Positions 47,403 to 57,544 of a stretch of 64,000 bases of DNA are shown in pieces. The DNA is taken from the NCBI GenBank assembly GCA_964605525.1, contig CAZSCV010000002.1:5888-69887 (forward strand), read 5' to 3'. The position numbers and the translations under genes are program-made. Numbering within the stretch: the first letter of the stretch is position 1; each line of letters starts with the position of its first letter. This DNA comes from an uncultured Bdellovibrionales bacterium. Lineage in GTDB: Bacteria; Patescibacteriota; Minisyncoccia; Moranbacterales; UBA9337. The notes below the pieces were generated by a model. It made no database searches and had not been told where the DNA came from. It saw only the letters and a program-made list of their open reading frames with translations.

Positions 47403-49922
47403 GTGGAAAACAAAAAAAACAACATAATACCCCAGATGTTTGATGTCCGTCCGGCTTTCAAGGATGGTCGTTTGAATTGGGAAAAAATAAGAAAAGTTGA
47501 AAAAAGCTTGGAAATTTCCGGAAAAAAAAAGAAATATTTTGATTTAGGAGGTAATATCGATGCGGCTGAATTGGGAAAAAATTGGCGGGTTGAAATTGGG
47601 AAAAAAGAAAACGGAGTAAAGATAAAAAGGAGTTTGCGCAGTTTTTTGCCAGAAGGAGCAATTGACAGAAAAATTCCAGGATATGGTTTTAATAAAAGAA
47701 TATCTGTTAAAATTTCCGCTGACAAGGAGATGCAAATAAGCAGACCGCTGACCAGAGTAAATGTGCCTGCTTTAAAAAAAGAAAAAGTAGAACATTGTTT
47801 TTTTCTGGAAAAAAAGGGAATAGTTTCCAAAATTAAAAAAAATGACGGGGGTAAATTTTTCCATCAAGGAGCGGATTCTGACTGCAAGTTTTCATTGCGA
47901 GATTTGTTTTTGCCGTCGCGTTTTTCTTTTGGATTCAGTTTGAAAAAATCTTTACTGGCTTTTACTGCTTCGGGGTTTATGGCAGTTGCAGTCGTCGGCG
48001 GAGCATCTTATGCAGACAAAGGGATGGAGGTTAAAAGTGAAGTTATGAATGCCGGCGATCAAGCCTACGGGAATATGATGGAAGCAATAAATGGAATTAA
48101 AAACAGTGATTTTGAAAGTTCGCTTAAAAATTTTGAGCAAGCGCAAAAAAATTTCAATCAAGCCTCTGATGAGATGGAAGAGCTTGGAAATGCGGTTATT
48201 TCTATTTCGAAATATTTTCCATTTGCATCTAAGCTGTCGAGCGGAAAAAATTTGATTGAGGCGGGAAATCACTTGGCGGTTGCGGGAAAAAATTTGAATC
48301 TTGCGGCGGAAAAAATGTATAAATTTAAAAAAAAATCGGATGAAAACAATTTGCAAAATATTTCTTTGCTGGATATTTTTACCTCAATTCAAGAAGATTT
48401 GAAAGTGGCCGGAGGGGAATTGCAAAAAGCCAGGGAGAAAATAGATCAAGTGAAGTTGGATGATTTGCCGGAAGAAAAAAGGCAACAGTTTGCCGATATT
48501 AAATCAAAAATGATTTTCTTTTCCGGCATGGCGGATGATTTTTCGGAAAACAGCCATATTTTGGTAGATTTGCTCGGGGGAAATGGACCTCGAAAATATC
48601 TTTTTCTTTTTCAAAATAATAATGAAATGAGGGCGACCGGAGGATTTATTGGCAGTTATGGGCTTTTGGAGATTAGCAGTGGAAAGGTGCGGAATTTTTT
48701 TATTGATGGAATTTTTAATCCTGATGGGCAACTTAGGGAAAAAATAGTTCCCCCTAAGCCGATTCAAAAAATCAGCGCCGCTTGGAGCTTGCATGACAGT
48801 AACTGGTTTCCGGATTTTCCGGTGAGCGCGGAAAAAGCAATTTTGTTTTATGAAAAAACTGGCGGTCCGACAGTCGACGGAGTCATTGCAATTACTCCGG
48901 CCGTGATGGAAAAATTGCTGACCCTTGTTGGTCCGATTGAAATGCCAGAATACGGAACAACACTAACGGCAGATAATTTCACGGAAAATACTCAATATGA
49001 AGTTGAAGTTGATTATGACAAAAAAGAAAATAATCCAAAGAAAATTCTTTCGGATTTGGCTCCAATGGTTTTAAATCGATTGACTAGCTCTGGCGATCCA
49101 AAGATTATACTGGGCGCTTTGGACGTATTCTTACAATCTTTGTCAGAAAAACATATTCTCTTTTATTCTCGAAATGATCAGTTGCAAGATATGATTTCCA
49201 ATCGAGGATGGTCCGGAGAAATTTTGCAAACGCAAGGTGATTATTTGAGCGTTATTAATTCGAATATTAACGGATATAAAACGGATGGGGTAGTGGATGA
49301 AAATATCGAGCATACGGCTGAAATTCAAGCAGACGGGTCTATCATTGATACCATGGTAATAAACAGAAAGCATACCGGAGGAAATAGCCAATTTGATTGG
49401 TGGAATAAAGTAAATAGCAATTATATGCGGGTATATGTTCCGCTTGGCACGCAATTAATCGAGATTGAAGGGCAAACTGTGGAATTTGACAAATCCCCAT
49501 TGGACTATCAGGCGCTCAAATTCAATGAAGATCCTGATGTCAAAAAAGAAGAAGAAAATATGCAAATTGATCAAAATAATGGAATTCGAACGTATCAAGA
49601 TGCAGGAAAAACAGTTTTTGCTTTTTGGACATATGTGAGTCCGCAGGAAGAGATTGCTGTTAAATTGAAATACCGTCTTCCGTTTAAGTTGAATTTTGAG
49701 AATGATTATACTAATTCATATTCATTATTGGCGCAAAAACAGTCTGGAAGCAACGGCAGCGGTTTTTCGTCAACAATTAAATATCCGGATGGATATAAAA
49801 TCGAATGGAGTTATCCTGACAATATTGATAAATCAGAAGGCAAACTGAAACTTGATGAAAAATTAGACCAAGATCAATTTTTGGGAGCGGTAATGGCGGA
49901 TGACAAAATAAGCGTGAAATAA
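47403..49922 (+). CDS. DUF4012-domain membrane protein (large, secreted/anchored)
   Basis: LFLFQNNNEMRATGGFIGSYGLLEI matches the DUF4012 core; the true start may be ATG 47436. Confidence 0.55.
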   Translation: MENKKNNIIPQMFDVRPAFKDGRLNWEKIRKVEKSLEISGKKKKYFDLGGNIDAAELGKNWRVEIGKKENGVKIKRSLRSFLPEGAIDRKIPGYGFNKRISVKISADKEMQISRPLTRVNVPALKKEKVEHCFFLEKKGIVSKIKKNDGGKFFHQGADSDCKFSLRDLFLPSRFSFGFSLKKSLLAFTASGFMAVAVVGGASYADKGMEVKSEVMNAGDQAYGNMMEAINGIKNSDFESSLKNFEQAQKNFNQASDEMEELGNAVISISKYFPFASKLSSGKNLIEAGNHLAVAGKNLNLAAEKMYKFKKKSDENNLQNISLLDIFTSIQEDLKVAGGELQKAREKIDQVKLDDLPEEKRQQFADIKSKMIFFSGMADDFSENSHILVDLLGGNGPRKYLFLFQNNNEMRATGGFIGSYGLLEISSGKVRNFFIDGIFNPDGQLREKIVPPKPIQKISAAWSLHDSNWFPDFPVSAEKAILFYEKTGGPTVDGVIAITPAVMEKLLTLVGPIEMPEYGTTLTADNFTENTQYEVEVDYDKKENNPKKILSDLAPMVLNRLTSSGDPKIILGALDVFLQSLSEKHILFYSRNDQLQDMISNRGWSGEILQTQGDYLSVINSNINGYKTDGVVDENIEHTAEIQADGSIIDTMVINRKHTGGNSQFDWWNKVNSNYMRVYVPLGTQLIEIEGQTVEFDKSPLDYQALKFNEDPDVKKEEENMQIDQNNGIRTYQDAGKTVFAFWTYVSPQEEIAVKLKYRLPFKLNFENDYTNSYSLLAQKQSGSNGSGFSSTIKYPDGYKIEWSYPDNIDKSEGKLKLDEKLDQDQFLGAVMADDKISVK

Positions 49923-50003
49923 TCAACGTGCCTTTTGCTGTTGATTTGTAATGTTAATTATAGTATATTAACTAGGTATTTTTCGGATTAATTAAGGGGG
50001 AAT

Positions 50004-51644
50004 ATGATTCAAAAAATAATAAATAGCAAGCTTTTTAGCGGCTCTCCAGTCGAATCGGTGGCAGGGGCAGCTTTGGTGATTTCGGTGGCCGGAATTCTGA
50101 GCCGTATTTTGGGATTGGTGCGAGATAGAATTCTTGCTTCTCGATTTGGAGCCGGAGATGTGCTGGACGTCTATTATGCTGCTTTTCGTGTGCCTGATTT
50201 GGTATATAATCTTTTGGTTGTAGGCGCGCTCAGTGCGGCTTTTATTCCTGTTTTTACGCGCTTGATTACGAGCAAGAAAAAAGACGAAGCACGCAAGCTG
50301 TCTTCCGGAGTGATAACATTAATAGTGCTTGCCGTGTTATTAATATCATCGATGCTGGCTATTTTTGCGCCACTAGTGATGAGTTTGGTTACCCCCGGTT
50401 TTTCTCCGGAAAAAATGAGCGATGTTGTTTATTTCACTCGGATTATGTTTTTGAGCCCGATTTTTTTGGGGATTAGCGCTGTTTTCGGAGGAATGCTGGT
50501 TTCGTATAAAAGATTTTTGGTTTATTCGCTGGCGCCGATTATGTACAATATCGGAATTATTATCGGCGCCGTGTTTTTCGTCAGAATTTTCGGTCCCGTT
50601 GGATTGGCATGGGGAGTGGTTCTGGGCGCGGTATTGCATATGCTGATTCAATATCCGGCGGCAAAAAAAACCGGATTTAAATACAGCTTTTCTTTAATGA
50701 AATCCGTGTGCGATAAAAATGTGCGGAAAGTAATTGTTTTGATGATTCCTCGCAGTTTGGGAATGGCGGTTAATCAAATAAATTTGCTGGTAATTACGAT
50801 TTTTGCATCGACTTTGGCGGCGGGAAGTCTGGCGGTTTTCAATTTTGCCAATAATATTCAAAGCGTTCCATTAGGACTTTTTGGAGTATCTTTTGCGGTA
50901 GCGGCTTTTCCGCATCTAAGCGGTTTGGCAGGAGAAAAAAGCCGCAAAGAATTTGCCCGGGTATTTTCACGAACTTTTCGAAGGATAATATTTTTTGTGA
51001 TGCCGATGAGTGTGGCTATTTTTGTTTTACGCGCAGAAATTGTGCGTGCGGTTTTGGGAGCAGGTCAATTTGATTGGGAGGATACAGTGCGAACACTTCA
51101 AGTGCTGGGAATTTTGTCGCTCAGTCTTTTCGCCCAAAGCTTGATTCCTCTTTTGGCGCGCTCTTTTTATGCGATTCATGACACAAAATTTCCTTTTTAT
51201 ATTGCGCTGGTGAGCGAAGCGGTTAATATTATTTTGGTAATAACGTTGCTGGAAAAATATCAAGTGATGGGACTGGCGATTGCTTTTTCAGTTTCCAGCA
51301 TTTTGAATATGTTTTTGCTGGTTGCAATTCTCCGGAAGAGGGTGGGGTATTTGGATGATAAAAAGATTGTTTCATCTTTTGTTAAAATCGGACTGGCTTC
51401 GCTTTTTGCCGGAGGAGTTATTCAACTCGGGCGTTATTATTTGAGTAATTTTATTTCTCTGGATACTTTGGCGGAAGTGCTGGTTCAGATTGTCATTTCG
51501 GGAGGAATGGGAGTGGCAACTTTTCTTTTGGGTTGCTATTATTTCGGAATTGAAGAATTTCACGATTTCAAAAAATCCATTCTGGTAAAAATATTCGGAA
51601 TGCCGGCGGACATAATCAAAGATCCGAATTCGATGGAGCAATAA
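50004..51644 (+). CDS. murJ: lipid II flippase MurJ (MviN)
   Basis: ILGLVRDRILASRFGAGDVLDVYYAAFRVPDL and the 14-TM MOP-superfamily profile. Confidence 0.9.
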   Translation: MIQKIINSKLFSGSPVESVAGAALVISVAGILSRILGLVRDRILASRFGAGDVLDVYYAAFRVPDLVYNLLVVGALSAAFIPVFTRLITSKKKDEARKLSSGVITLIVLAVLLISSMLAIFAPLVMSLVTPGFSPEKMSDVVYFTRIMFLSPIFLGISAVFGGMLVSYKRFLVYSLAPIMYNIGIIIGAVFFVRIFGPVGLAWGVVLGAVLHMLIQYPAAKKTGFKYSFSLMKSVCDKNVRKVIVLMIPRSLGMAVNQINLLVITIFASTLAAGSLAVFNFANNIQSVPLGLFGVSFAVAAFPHLSGLAGEKSRKEFARVFSRTFRRIIFFVMPMSVAIFVLRAEIVRAVLGAGQFDWEDTVRTLQVLGILSLSLFAQSLIPLLARSFYAIHDTKFPFYIALVSEAVNIILVITLLEKYQVMGLAIAFSVSSILNMFLLVAILRKRVGYLDDKKIVSSFVKIGLASLFAGGVIQLGRYYLSNFISLDTLAEVLVQIVISGGMGVATFLLGCYYFGIEEFHDFKKSILVKIFGMPADIIKDPNSMEQ

Positions 51645-51706
51645 AGAAAAAAACAGATGCCCATCTTCTTGCCTAATCGGCAATTTTTTGAACCAAATAT
51701 AGTTAG

Positions 51707-51783
51707 TTAGCTGATGTATTAAAAAATTCTTTTCGCTTTCGTCGAATGACGAAAGATTTAATTGGGGCAAATTTATTTTTAAA
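51707..51783. repeat. left ~77-bp inverted repeat of the cassette (contains hairpin CTTTCGTC-gaat-GACGAAAG)
   Basis: Its outer 29 nt and inner 25 nt are reverse-complementary to 52675-52743 with 2 mismatches. Confidence 0.85.
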
Positions 51784-52666
51784 TATCATTTTCAATTAAC
51801 TTTTCAAATGTTATTTTTTCTAAATGCATAAAATCATCGATATCCATAAGAAAAACTCTGGAATTTCTTAGGGATAGCGCACCAGGAGAAAATCCTGAGA
51901 ATGATACCAAGAAGGCATAGTCTGCACTTTCGCTTACCAGCGTGCCAAATAATTCTCTAACAAAGTTTGGATTGATCGGTTTTGCATATTTCTTACATTG
52001 GATAATAATTTTCTTACCATTATGTTGAGCCACGACATCAACTCCCTTATCACCAGAGCCAGGAGTGGCGTATGCTTCTATCCCCATTTTATTAAGATGC
52101 GAAGCCACTTCTATCTCAAACTCTCTCCATGAAAGTAGTTTCCAATAGTCGACTTGTTTTTTCGCGTCATTTTGGATGCAAACCGCATAATCAACAAATT
52201 TTTTTATTGTAGGTGAGAAATTAAGATAAATTTTACTTAACATAGAATGTGTTATCATCATTAAAATAAATCCAGGAAAGAAAAAAGATATTACTAAGCT
52301 TGATAAAAATTCCGTAGATTTTGAGTCATTCATAAAAACAAAGACTACGTATAGACTAATCGCGTATCCAATAAGAACGCCAAATATACCCCAAAAAGCA
52401 TATGCTTTCGCAGTATTTTTTAGATTAATCAATTCAGGCTTCTCTAAATTAAATGTTTTTTGTTCAATAGTGTGATTTGAATTGTTTGATAATTGTTTTG
52501 ATTCTTCATCGATATGTCTAAAAATTTCCAAAGAACAATATTCGCTAATTTTTTTAGCTAAAAATGGATTAATATAAAACTTAGCTACATTATCGCTTGA
52601 TATATCGGAGCCAGCCAAACTTTTTGCCATCAAATATTTATCCACTGATACTTTAAATTTTTTCAT
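51779..52666 (-). CDS. membrane-anchored protein with a C-terminal Mrr-type restriction-endonuclease catalytic domain (Mrr_cat)
   Basis: 2 TM helices mid-protein; C-terminal WREFEIEVASHL..GDKGVDVVAQHNGKKIIIQCKKY..VRELFGTL matches the Mrr_cat signature (D..(D/E)xK core). Confidence 0.7.
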   Translation of the reverse strand: MKKFKVSVDKYLMAKSLAGSDISSDNVAKFYINPFLAKKISEYCSLEIFRHIDEESKQLSNNSNHTIEQKTFNLEKPELINLKNTAKAYAFWGIFGVLIGYAISLYVVFVFMNDSKSTEFLSSLVISFFFPGFILMMITHSMLSKIYLNFSPTIKKFVDYAVCIQNDAKKQVDYWKLLSWREFEIEVASHLNKMGIEAYATPGSGDKGVDVVAQHNGKKIIIQCKKYAKPINPNFVRELFGTLVSESADYAFLVSFSGFSPGALSLRNSRVFLMDIDDFMHLEKITFEKLIENDI

Positions 52667-52674
52667 CTGCCTGA

Positions 52675-52743
52675 TTTAAAAATAAATTTGCCCCAATTAG
52701 ATGCCCGTTAGGGCCGAAAAGAATTTTTTAATATTTCAGCTAA
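52675..52743. repeat. right ~69-bp inverted repeat of the cassette (contains hairpin GCCC-gtta-GGGC)
   Basis: Reverse complement of 51707-51783 apart from the central hairpin, which is replaced by a different hairpin. Confidence 0.85.
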
Positions 52744-52821
52744 CTAGTTATATGCGAACTGGTTGATTTTTTGGTTTGGATTGGCTATAATTTGAATATA
52801 AAATTCTAATCATAACGCCTT

Positions 52822-53029
52822 ATGAATGGAAATTATAAATTTCCAAGCAAGGATCCTATATACCAACTAAAACAAGAAATGAAGTTGCGGAAATTTAGTC
52901 CAAAAACTATCAAATCATATCTTTATTATATCACGGATCCGTTGAAATATTCAAACTGTACAGGAATTGCTGGGGCATGCTAATATTAGAACGACTCAGA
53001 TTTATGCGAAAGTGACCAATCCACGTTAA
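52822..53029 (+). pseudogene. decayed tyrosine site-specific recombinase (XerC/D / phage-integrase family) remnant
   Basis: Frame 1 encodes the SAM-like N-terminus ..KLRKFSPKTIKSYLYYI..; a shifted frame encodes the C-terminal box ELLGHANIRTTQIYAKVTN (the catalytic Tyr region); ~250 aa of core are missing. Confidence 0.6.
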
Positions 53030-53059
53030 GAAATATTAAAAGCCCATTGGAATGAAATT

Positions 53060-54910
53060 ATGAACAATATTCGAAATTTTTGCATAATCGCTCATATTGA
53101 CCATGGAAAATCGACTTTATCCGATCGGCTTTTGGAATTTACCGGAACCGTGGAAAAGCGAAAGATGAAAGAACAGCTTCTGGATCAGATGGATTTGGAA
53201 CGCGAGCGGGGAATAACCATCAAACTTCAGCCCGTTAGAATGAATTATAAAGAATATGTTTTGAATTTGATTGACACTCCGGGGCATGTGGATTTCGGAT
53301 ATGAAGTTTCGCGTTCGCTGGCGGCGGTGGAAGGGGCGATTTTGTTAGTGGATGCCACCAAGGGAGTGCAAGCGCAAACCCTTTCCAACTTGTATTTGGC
53401 GATTGAACAAGGTCTGGAAATAATTCCAGTAATAAATAAAATTGACCTGCCTAATGCCGAAGTGGAAAAAACCAAAAAAGAAATTGTGCATATTTTGGGA
53501 TGCGATGAAAGTGAAATTCTTTCAGCTTCAGGCAAAACCGGAATAGGCGTGGAGGAGATAATCCGACGAGTGATAGAAAAAGTTCCTTCTCCGAAAGGAA
53601 GCCTTGAAAAACCGTTGCGCGCGCTTATTTTCGATTCAAAATACGATATTTACAAAGGCGTTTTGGCTTACGTTCGAATCGTGGACGGGCAAGTAAAAAG
53701 AGATGACAAAATTTTTATGATGGCGACAGAGCGCGGAACTTCCGTGGTGGAGGTGGGAAGTTTCCGCCCGGCTCTCAAAAGTGAAGAGAATTTGAAAGCG
53801 GGGGATATCGGATATGTGGCAACCGGATTTAAGAGCGTGGAATATTGCCGGGTGGGCGATACGATAACCGCTCAGGGTATTCAAATTGTTAAAAATATCG
53901 AAAACGTTCAAAGTGAAAAAGACCAGTTAAACAGATTGGAACAATTAAAACAGCCTGGCGCAGTGATGGCGCTACCCGGGTACAAGGAAGTGCGTCCGAT
54001 GGTATATGCCAGTTTTTATCCGGTTGAAGGAGATGAATATACCTTAATGCGCGACGCTTTGGAAAAATTGCGCCTTAATGATGCAGCTTTTGTTTTCGAA
54101 CCGGAAAGCAATCCGGCGTTGGGAAAAGGCTTTCGCTGCGGATTTTTGGGAATGCTTCATTTGGAGATTATTCAGGCGCGGCTTGAACGTGAATTTGAAA
54201 TTTCACCCACCATCACAACTCCTAGTGTTGTGTATCGGGTAAAAATCAAAGATCAAGAAACAGAAAAAATAATTTATTCCGCTTCTGATATGCCGGACGC
54301 TTCAATGATTGAATCAATTTCTGAACCGCATGCAAAGCTGGATATCATTACTCCTTCCGGATATCTTGGCGCGGTAATGGATTTGATGACTTCCATAAGA
54401 GCGGAATATAGAAATACGGAATATATTGATCAAGAAAGAGTTTTGCTTAGTTACGAAGCGCCACTTACGGATATTATTGTTAATTTCCATGATGAACTTA
54501 AAAGTGCTTCCTCGGGTTTTGCTTCAATGAATTATGAAGTGATTGGATATCGGCAATCAGACTTGGTAAAAATGGATATTTTAGTGGCGGAAGAAAAAGT
54601 GGAGGCGCTTTCTCGAATTGTTCCAAGAGAAAAAGCTCTTTCGCAAGGAAAATCGGCCGTTTCCAAACTCAAAGATTCTATTCCGCGCCAGAATTTTGTT
54701 ATTGCGATTCAGGCGGCAATTGGCGGAAAAATTATTGCCAGAGAAACAATCCGTCCTTTCCGCAAAGATGTTATTTCGAAATTATATGGCGGAGATGTTA
54801 CGCGAAAGAGAAAATTGTTGGAAAAACAAAAGAAGGGAAAGAAAAAGATGAGGAATATTGGAAAAGTTTCCATTCCGCCGGAGGCGTTTTTATCGGTGCT
54901 GAAGAAATAG
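53060..54910 (+). CDS. lepA: elongation factor 4 (LepA)
   Basis: [34 protein letters not shown]; conserved LepA C-terminal domain. Confidence 0.93.
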   Translation: MNNIRNFCIIAHIDHGKSTLSDRLLEFTGTVEKRKMKEQLLDQMDLERERGITIKLQPVRMNYKEYVLNLIDTPGHVDFGYEVSRSLAAVEGAILLVDATKGVQAQTLSNLYLAIEQGLEIIPVINKIDLPNAEVEKTKKEIVHILGCDESEILSASGKTGIGVEEIIRRVIEKVPSPKGSLEKPLRALIFDSKYDIYKGVLAYVRIVDGQVKRDDKIFMMATERGTSVVEVGSFRPALKSEENLKAGDIGYVATGFKSVEYCRVGDTITAQGIQIVKNIENVQSEKDQLNRLEQLKQPGAVMALPGYKEVRPMVYASFYPVEGDEYTLMRDALEKLRLNDAAFVFEPESNPALGKGFRCGFLGMLHLEIIQARLEREFEISPTITTPSVVYRVKIKDQETEKIIYSASDMPDASMIESISEPHAKLDIITPSGYLGAVMDLMTSIRAEYRNTEYIDQERVLLSYEAPLTDIIVNFHDELKSASSGFASMNYEVIGYRQSDLVKMDILVAEEKVEALSRIVPREKALSQGKSAVSKLKDSIPRQNFVIAIQAAIGGKIIARETIRPFRKDVISKLYGGDVTRKRKLLEKQKKGKKKMRNIGKVSIPPEAFLSVLKK

Positions 54911-54977
54911 TTGACTTTTTTGGCGATAAGGCGTAAGATATCTTTTGTATAACTCGCATTTAATTTATTTGAAAAAT

Positions 54978-55286
54978 ATGTTGGCAATTATTAAAACAGG
55001 CGGAAAACAGTACAAAATTGAAGAAGGGGATAAAATTAAAATTGAAAAGATTGAAGGAAAAGAAGGGGATGTGATCTCTTTTGATGAAGTCCTGTTCGTT
55101 GGGGATGAAAAAGATGTAAAAATTGGAAATCCAATGGTTGCCGGTGCAAAAGTTGAAGGAAAGATTGTCCAGCAAACACGAGATGAAAAAGTTTGGGGAA
55201 TCAAGCACAAGGCCAAAAAGCGATACAAAATGAAATTCGGACACAAACAATTTCGAACTGAAGTGGAAATTACAAAAATAGCCTAA
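54978..55286 (+). CDS. rplU: 50S ribosomal protein L21
   Basis: MLAIIKTGGKQYKIEEGD..; start set at ATG 54978; no rpmA follows. Confidence 0.9.
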   Translation: MLAIIKTGGKQYKIEEGDKIKIEKIEGKEGDVISFDEVLFVGDEKDVKIGNPMVAGAKVEGKIVQQTRDEKVWGIKHKAKKRYKMKFGHKQFRTEVEITKIA

Positions 55287-55306
55287 TAAAAAAACTTTCA
55301 GAATAA

Positions 55307-55340
55307 AAAATACCTTGCAATTTGCGCAAGGTATTTTTGT
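55307..55340. terminator. bidirectional terminator hairpin (ATACCTTGC..GCAAGGTAT) flanked by A- and T-runs, between rplU (+) and recR (-)
   Basis: 9-bp stem; AAAAAAT 5' and TTTTTGTT 3'. Confidence 0.6.
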
Positions 55341-55930
55341 TATAATTCTTTTCTATTAGAAAGGGCACTGCAGAGCGTGGTTTCGTCGGCATATTCAATG
55401 TCGCCCCCGGTAGACATTCCGCGACCAAGCCGGGTGATTTTTATTTGAGCGGGTTGAAGTTTTCTTTTTAAGTAAAGGGCGGTAAGGTCGCCTTCGGTTG
55501 TTGGGTTGGTTGCCAGGATAACTTCTTTAATTTTTTCAGTGGCAACCCGCGTTAGAAGCTGGGGAATTTTCAGTTCATTCTTTTCCGATTTTCCGGATGA
55601 TTGCATCGTCCCTCCCAATACATGGTAAAGTCCGCGATAAATTCCCGTGCGTTCAATCGAGATAATATCCAGAGAATCTTCAACAACACAAATAACATCC
55701 TGAACTCTTTGTTTGTCGCGGCAAATGTGGCAATGGGCATTTTCAGAAATGTTGAAACATTTTTGGCAAACTGTCAGATTTTTCAAGGCGAGCAAGCTCT
55801 TTGAAAAGTCGTCCAGGTTTTCTCTGTCTTTTTTGAACAAAAACAAAACCAGCCTTTCGGCCATTTTTGGACCGACAGAGGGAAGGGAAGCAAAATGTTC
55901 AATTAAATCTTTGAATACTTTCGGGTACAT
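55340..55930 (-). CDS. recR: recombination protein RecR
   Basis: HhH motif LPSVGPKMAERL; C4 zinc finger CQKCFNISENAHCHIC; Toprim domain. Confidence 0.92.
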   Translation of the reverse strand: MYPKVFKDLIEHFASLPSVGPKMAERLVLFLFKKDRENLDDFSKSLLALKNLTVCQKCFNISENAHCHICRDKQRVQDVICVVEDSLDIISIERTGIYRGLYHVLGGTMQSSGKSEKNELKIPQLLTRVATEKIKEVILATNPTTEGDLTALYLKRKLQPAQIKITRLGRGMSTGGDIEYADETTLCSALSNRKEL

Positions 55931-55975
55931 AATTTTTTAGAATAAGCCTCATAGGTCTTATGTGTCGTATGTTTT

Positions 55976-57337
55976 TTACGTGTGGATTTTTTCCAGGTTT
56001 TTGAACGTGGTGGATTCTTCTTTGAAATACAATTGCGCTTTTCCGAGCGGTCCGTTTCTGTGTTTTGAGATAATCACCTCCACGATATTTTTATTTGGCG
56101 TATCCGGTTTTTCCCGGTCTTCCCGATAAAGAAAGAGCACCACGTCGGCATCTTGCTCGATGGATCCGGATTCACGCAAGTCGGAAAGTTTTGGAATTTG
56201 GGGACTGCGTGATTCAACTGCGCGAGAAAGCTGGGAAAGTGCCAGCACGGGAACGTTGAGTTCGCGCGCCAATTGTTTGAGAGCGCGAGAAATTTCTGAA
56301 ATTTCTTGAACACGACTGTCTCCCTGCGTTTTTCTTCCTTCCATTAATTGCAAATAATCGATAATAATCAAGCCGACACCATGTTCTGATTGCAATCGTC
56401 GCGCCATGGTGCGAATTTCCATAATATTGGCGCTTCCGGCATCGTCAATGTATATCGGTGCTTCACTGAGTGACCCCATCGCATTTCCAATCCGCTGGAA
56501 ATCATCGTTGCCCGCATCACTGCGAAGCCTTCCAGTGCGGAGACGCCAAAGATCAACATCCGCTTCAGCAGCAATCATCCTATCAATTAATTGGTCTGAT
56601 GACATTTCCAGTGAAAAAATTCCTACCGGAGTTTTTGTTTTGGTTCCGATTTGGCGGGCGATATCCAATGCGAATGTTGTTTTTCCAATAGAAGGCCTGG
56701 CAGCTAAAATAATCAAATCTGATTTTTGAAGGCCGGAAAGAATATTATCTAAATCCGTGAATCCGGTAGGAATTCCGCGAAAATCATGTTCTCCTTTGTG
56801 AAGTTCGTCAATGCGATTAAAAGCGCTTTCAAGAATTGATTTGATCGGAGTAAAATCTTTTTTGGCATATTTTTGAGAAACGCTGAAAAGTCTTTGCTCT
56901 GCCATGTCGAGAGTCTTTTCCACATCTTCAGATTCTTGGTAGCCGATTTCAGAAATATCATTAGCGACATTTATGAGGCGACGCAGAATTGCTTTTTTTT
57001 GGACTACCTTTGCGTAATGAGCGATATTGGCAGCCGAAGGAACAGTATTTACCAAAGAAGCCAGATAGCTGGAACCGCCGATGAGTTCAAGTTTTTTGCT
57101 TTCTTCCAGTTTGTTGGAAAGGCTCAAAACATCTATTGGTTCCTTGTATTCATAAAGCTTCAACATTAATTCATAAATAATGTTGTGAGTTTCTTTGTAA
57201 AAATCTCCGACAGCCAAAAAATCCGCCACTTTGATAATGGCGTCTTTGTCCAGCATTAGTGATCCAAGGACTGACTGTTCCGCTTCAATATTATGAGGAG
57301 GAACGCGTAAATTTTCGCTTGATTTTTTTCCAGCCAT
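55976..57337 (-). CDS. dnaB: replicative DNA helicase DnaB
   Basis: PHNIEAEQSVLGSLML N-terminus; Walker A ARPSIGKTTFAL; RecA-like H1-H4 motifs. Confidence 0.93.
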   Translation of the reverse strand: MAGKKSSENLRVPPHNIEAEQSVLGSLMLDKDAIIKVADFLAVGDFYKETHNIIYELMLKLYEYKEPIDVLSLSNKLEESKKLELIGGSSYLASLVNTVPSAANIAHYAKVVQKKAILRRLINVANDISEIGYQESEDVEKTLDMAEQRLFSVSQKYAKKDFTPIKSILESAFNRIDELHKGEHDFRGIPTGFTDLDNILSGLQKSDLIILAARPSIGKTTFALDIARQIGTKTKTPVGIFSLEMSSDQLIDRMIAAEADVDLWRLRTGRLRSDAGNDDFQRIGNAMGSLSEAPIYIDDAGSANIMEIRTMARRLQSEHGVGLIIIDYLQLMEGRKTQGDSRVQEISEISRALKQLARELNVPVLALSQLSRAVESRSPQIPKLSDLRESGSIEQDADVVLFLYREDREKPDTPNKNIVEVIISKHRNGPLGKAQLYFKEESTTFKNLEKIHT

Positions 57338-57544
57338 AAAAAATATTGAATTTGAAGTTAATAAGTGGAAAAATCGATCATCTGTTTGCTTATTATATCA
57401 AGCTGAAATTTAAAATCAATCTCTTGACAATTAAGGGCGATATGTGTTATTCTAGTTTGACAACAAATATTAGAAATCAGCCTGCTTAAGGGCTGTTTGA
57501 AAGAGTTGTGAATTTTAAACAATTTTTTATTTTTAGTTAAAAAT

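Noticed and set aside
51645-53059. Integron cassette / attC interpretation of the repeats flanking the Mrr-like gene
   Set aside because: attC sites in an array are direct repeats on the same strand and differ between cassettes. Here the two copies are inverted relative to each other and nearly identical, which fits transposon-like inverted repeats or symmetric terminators better.
57380-57544. Promoters for the divergent dnaB and 57545 genes (TTGACA at 57426)
   Set aside because: A -35 hexamer is present, but no convincing -10 at proper spacing, so it is not listed as a feature.
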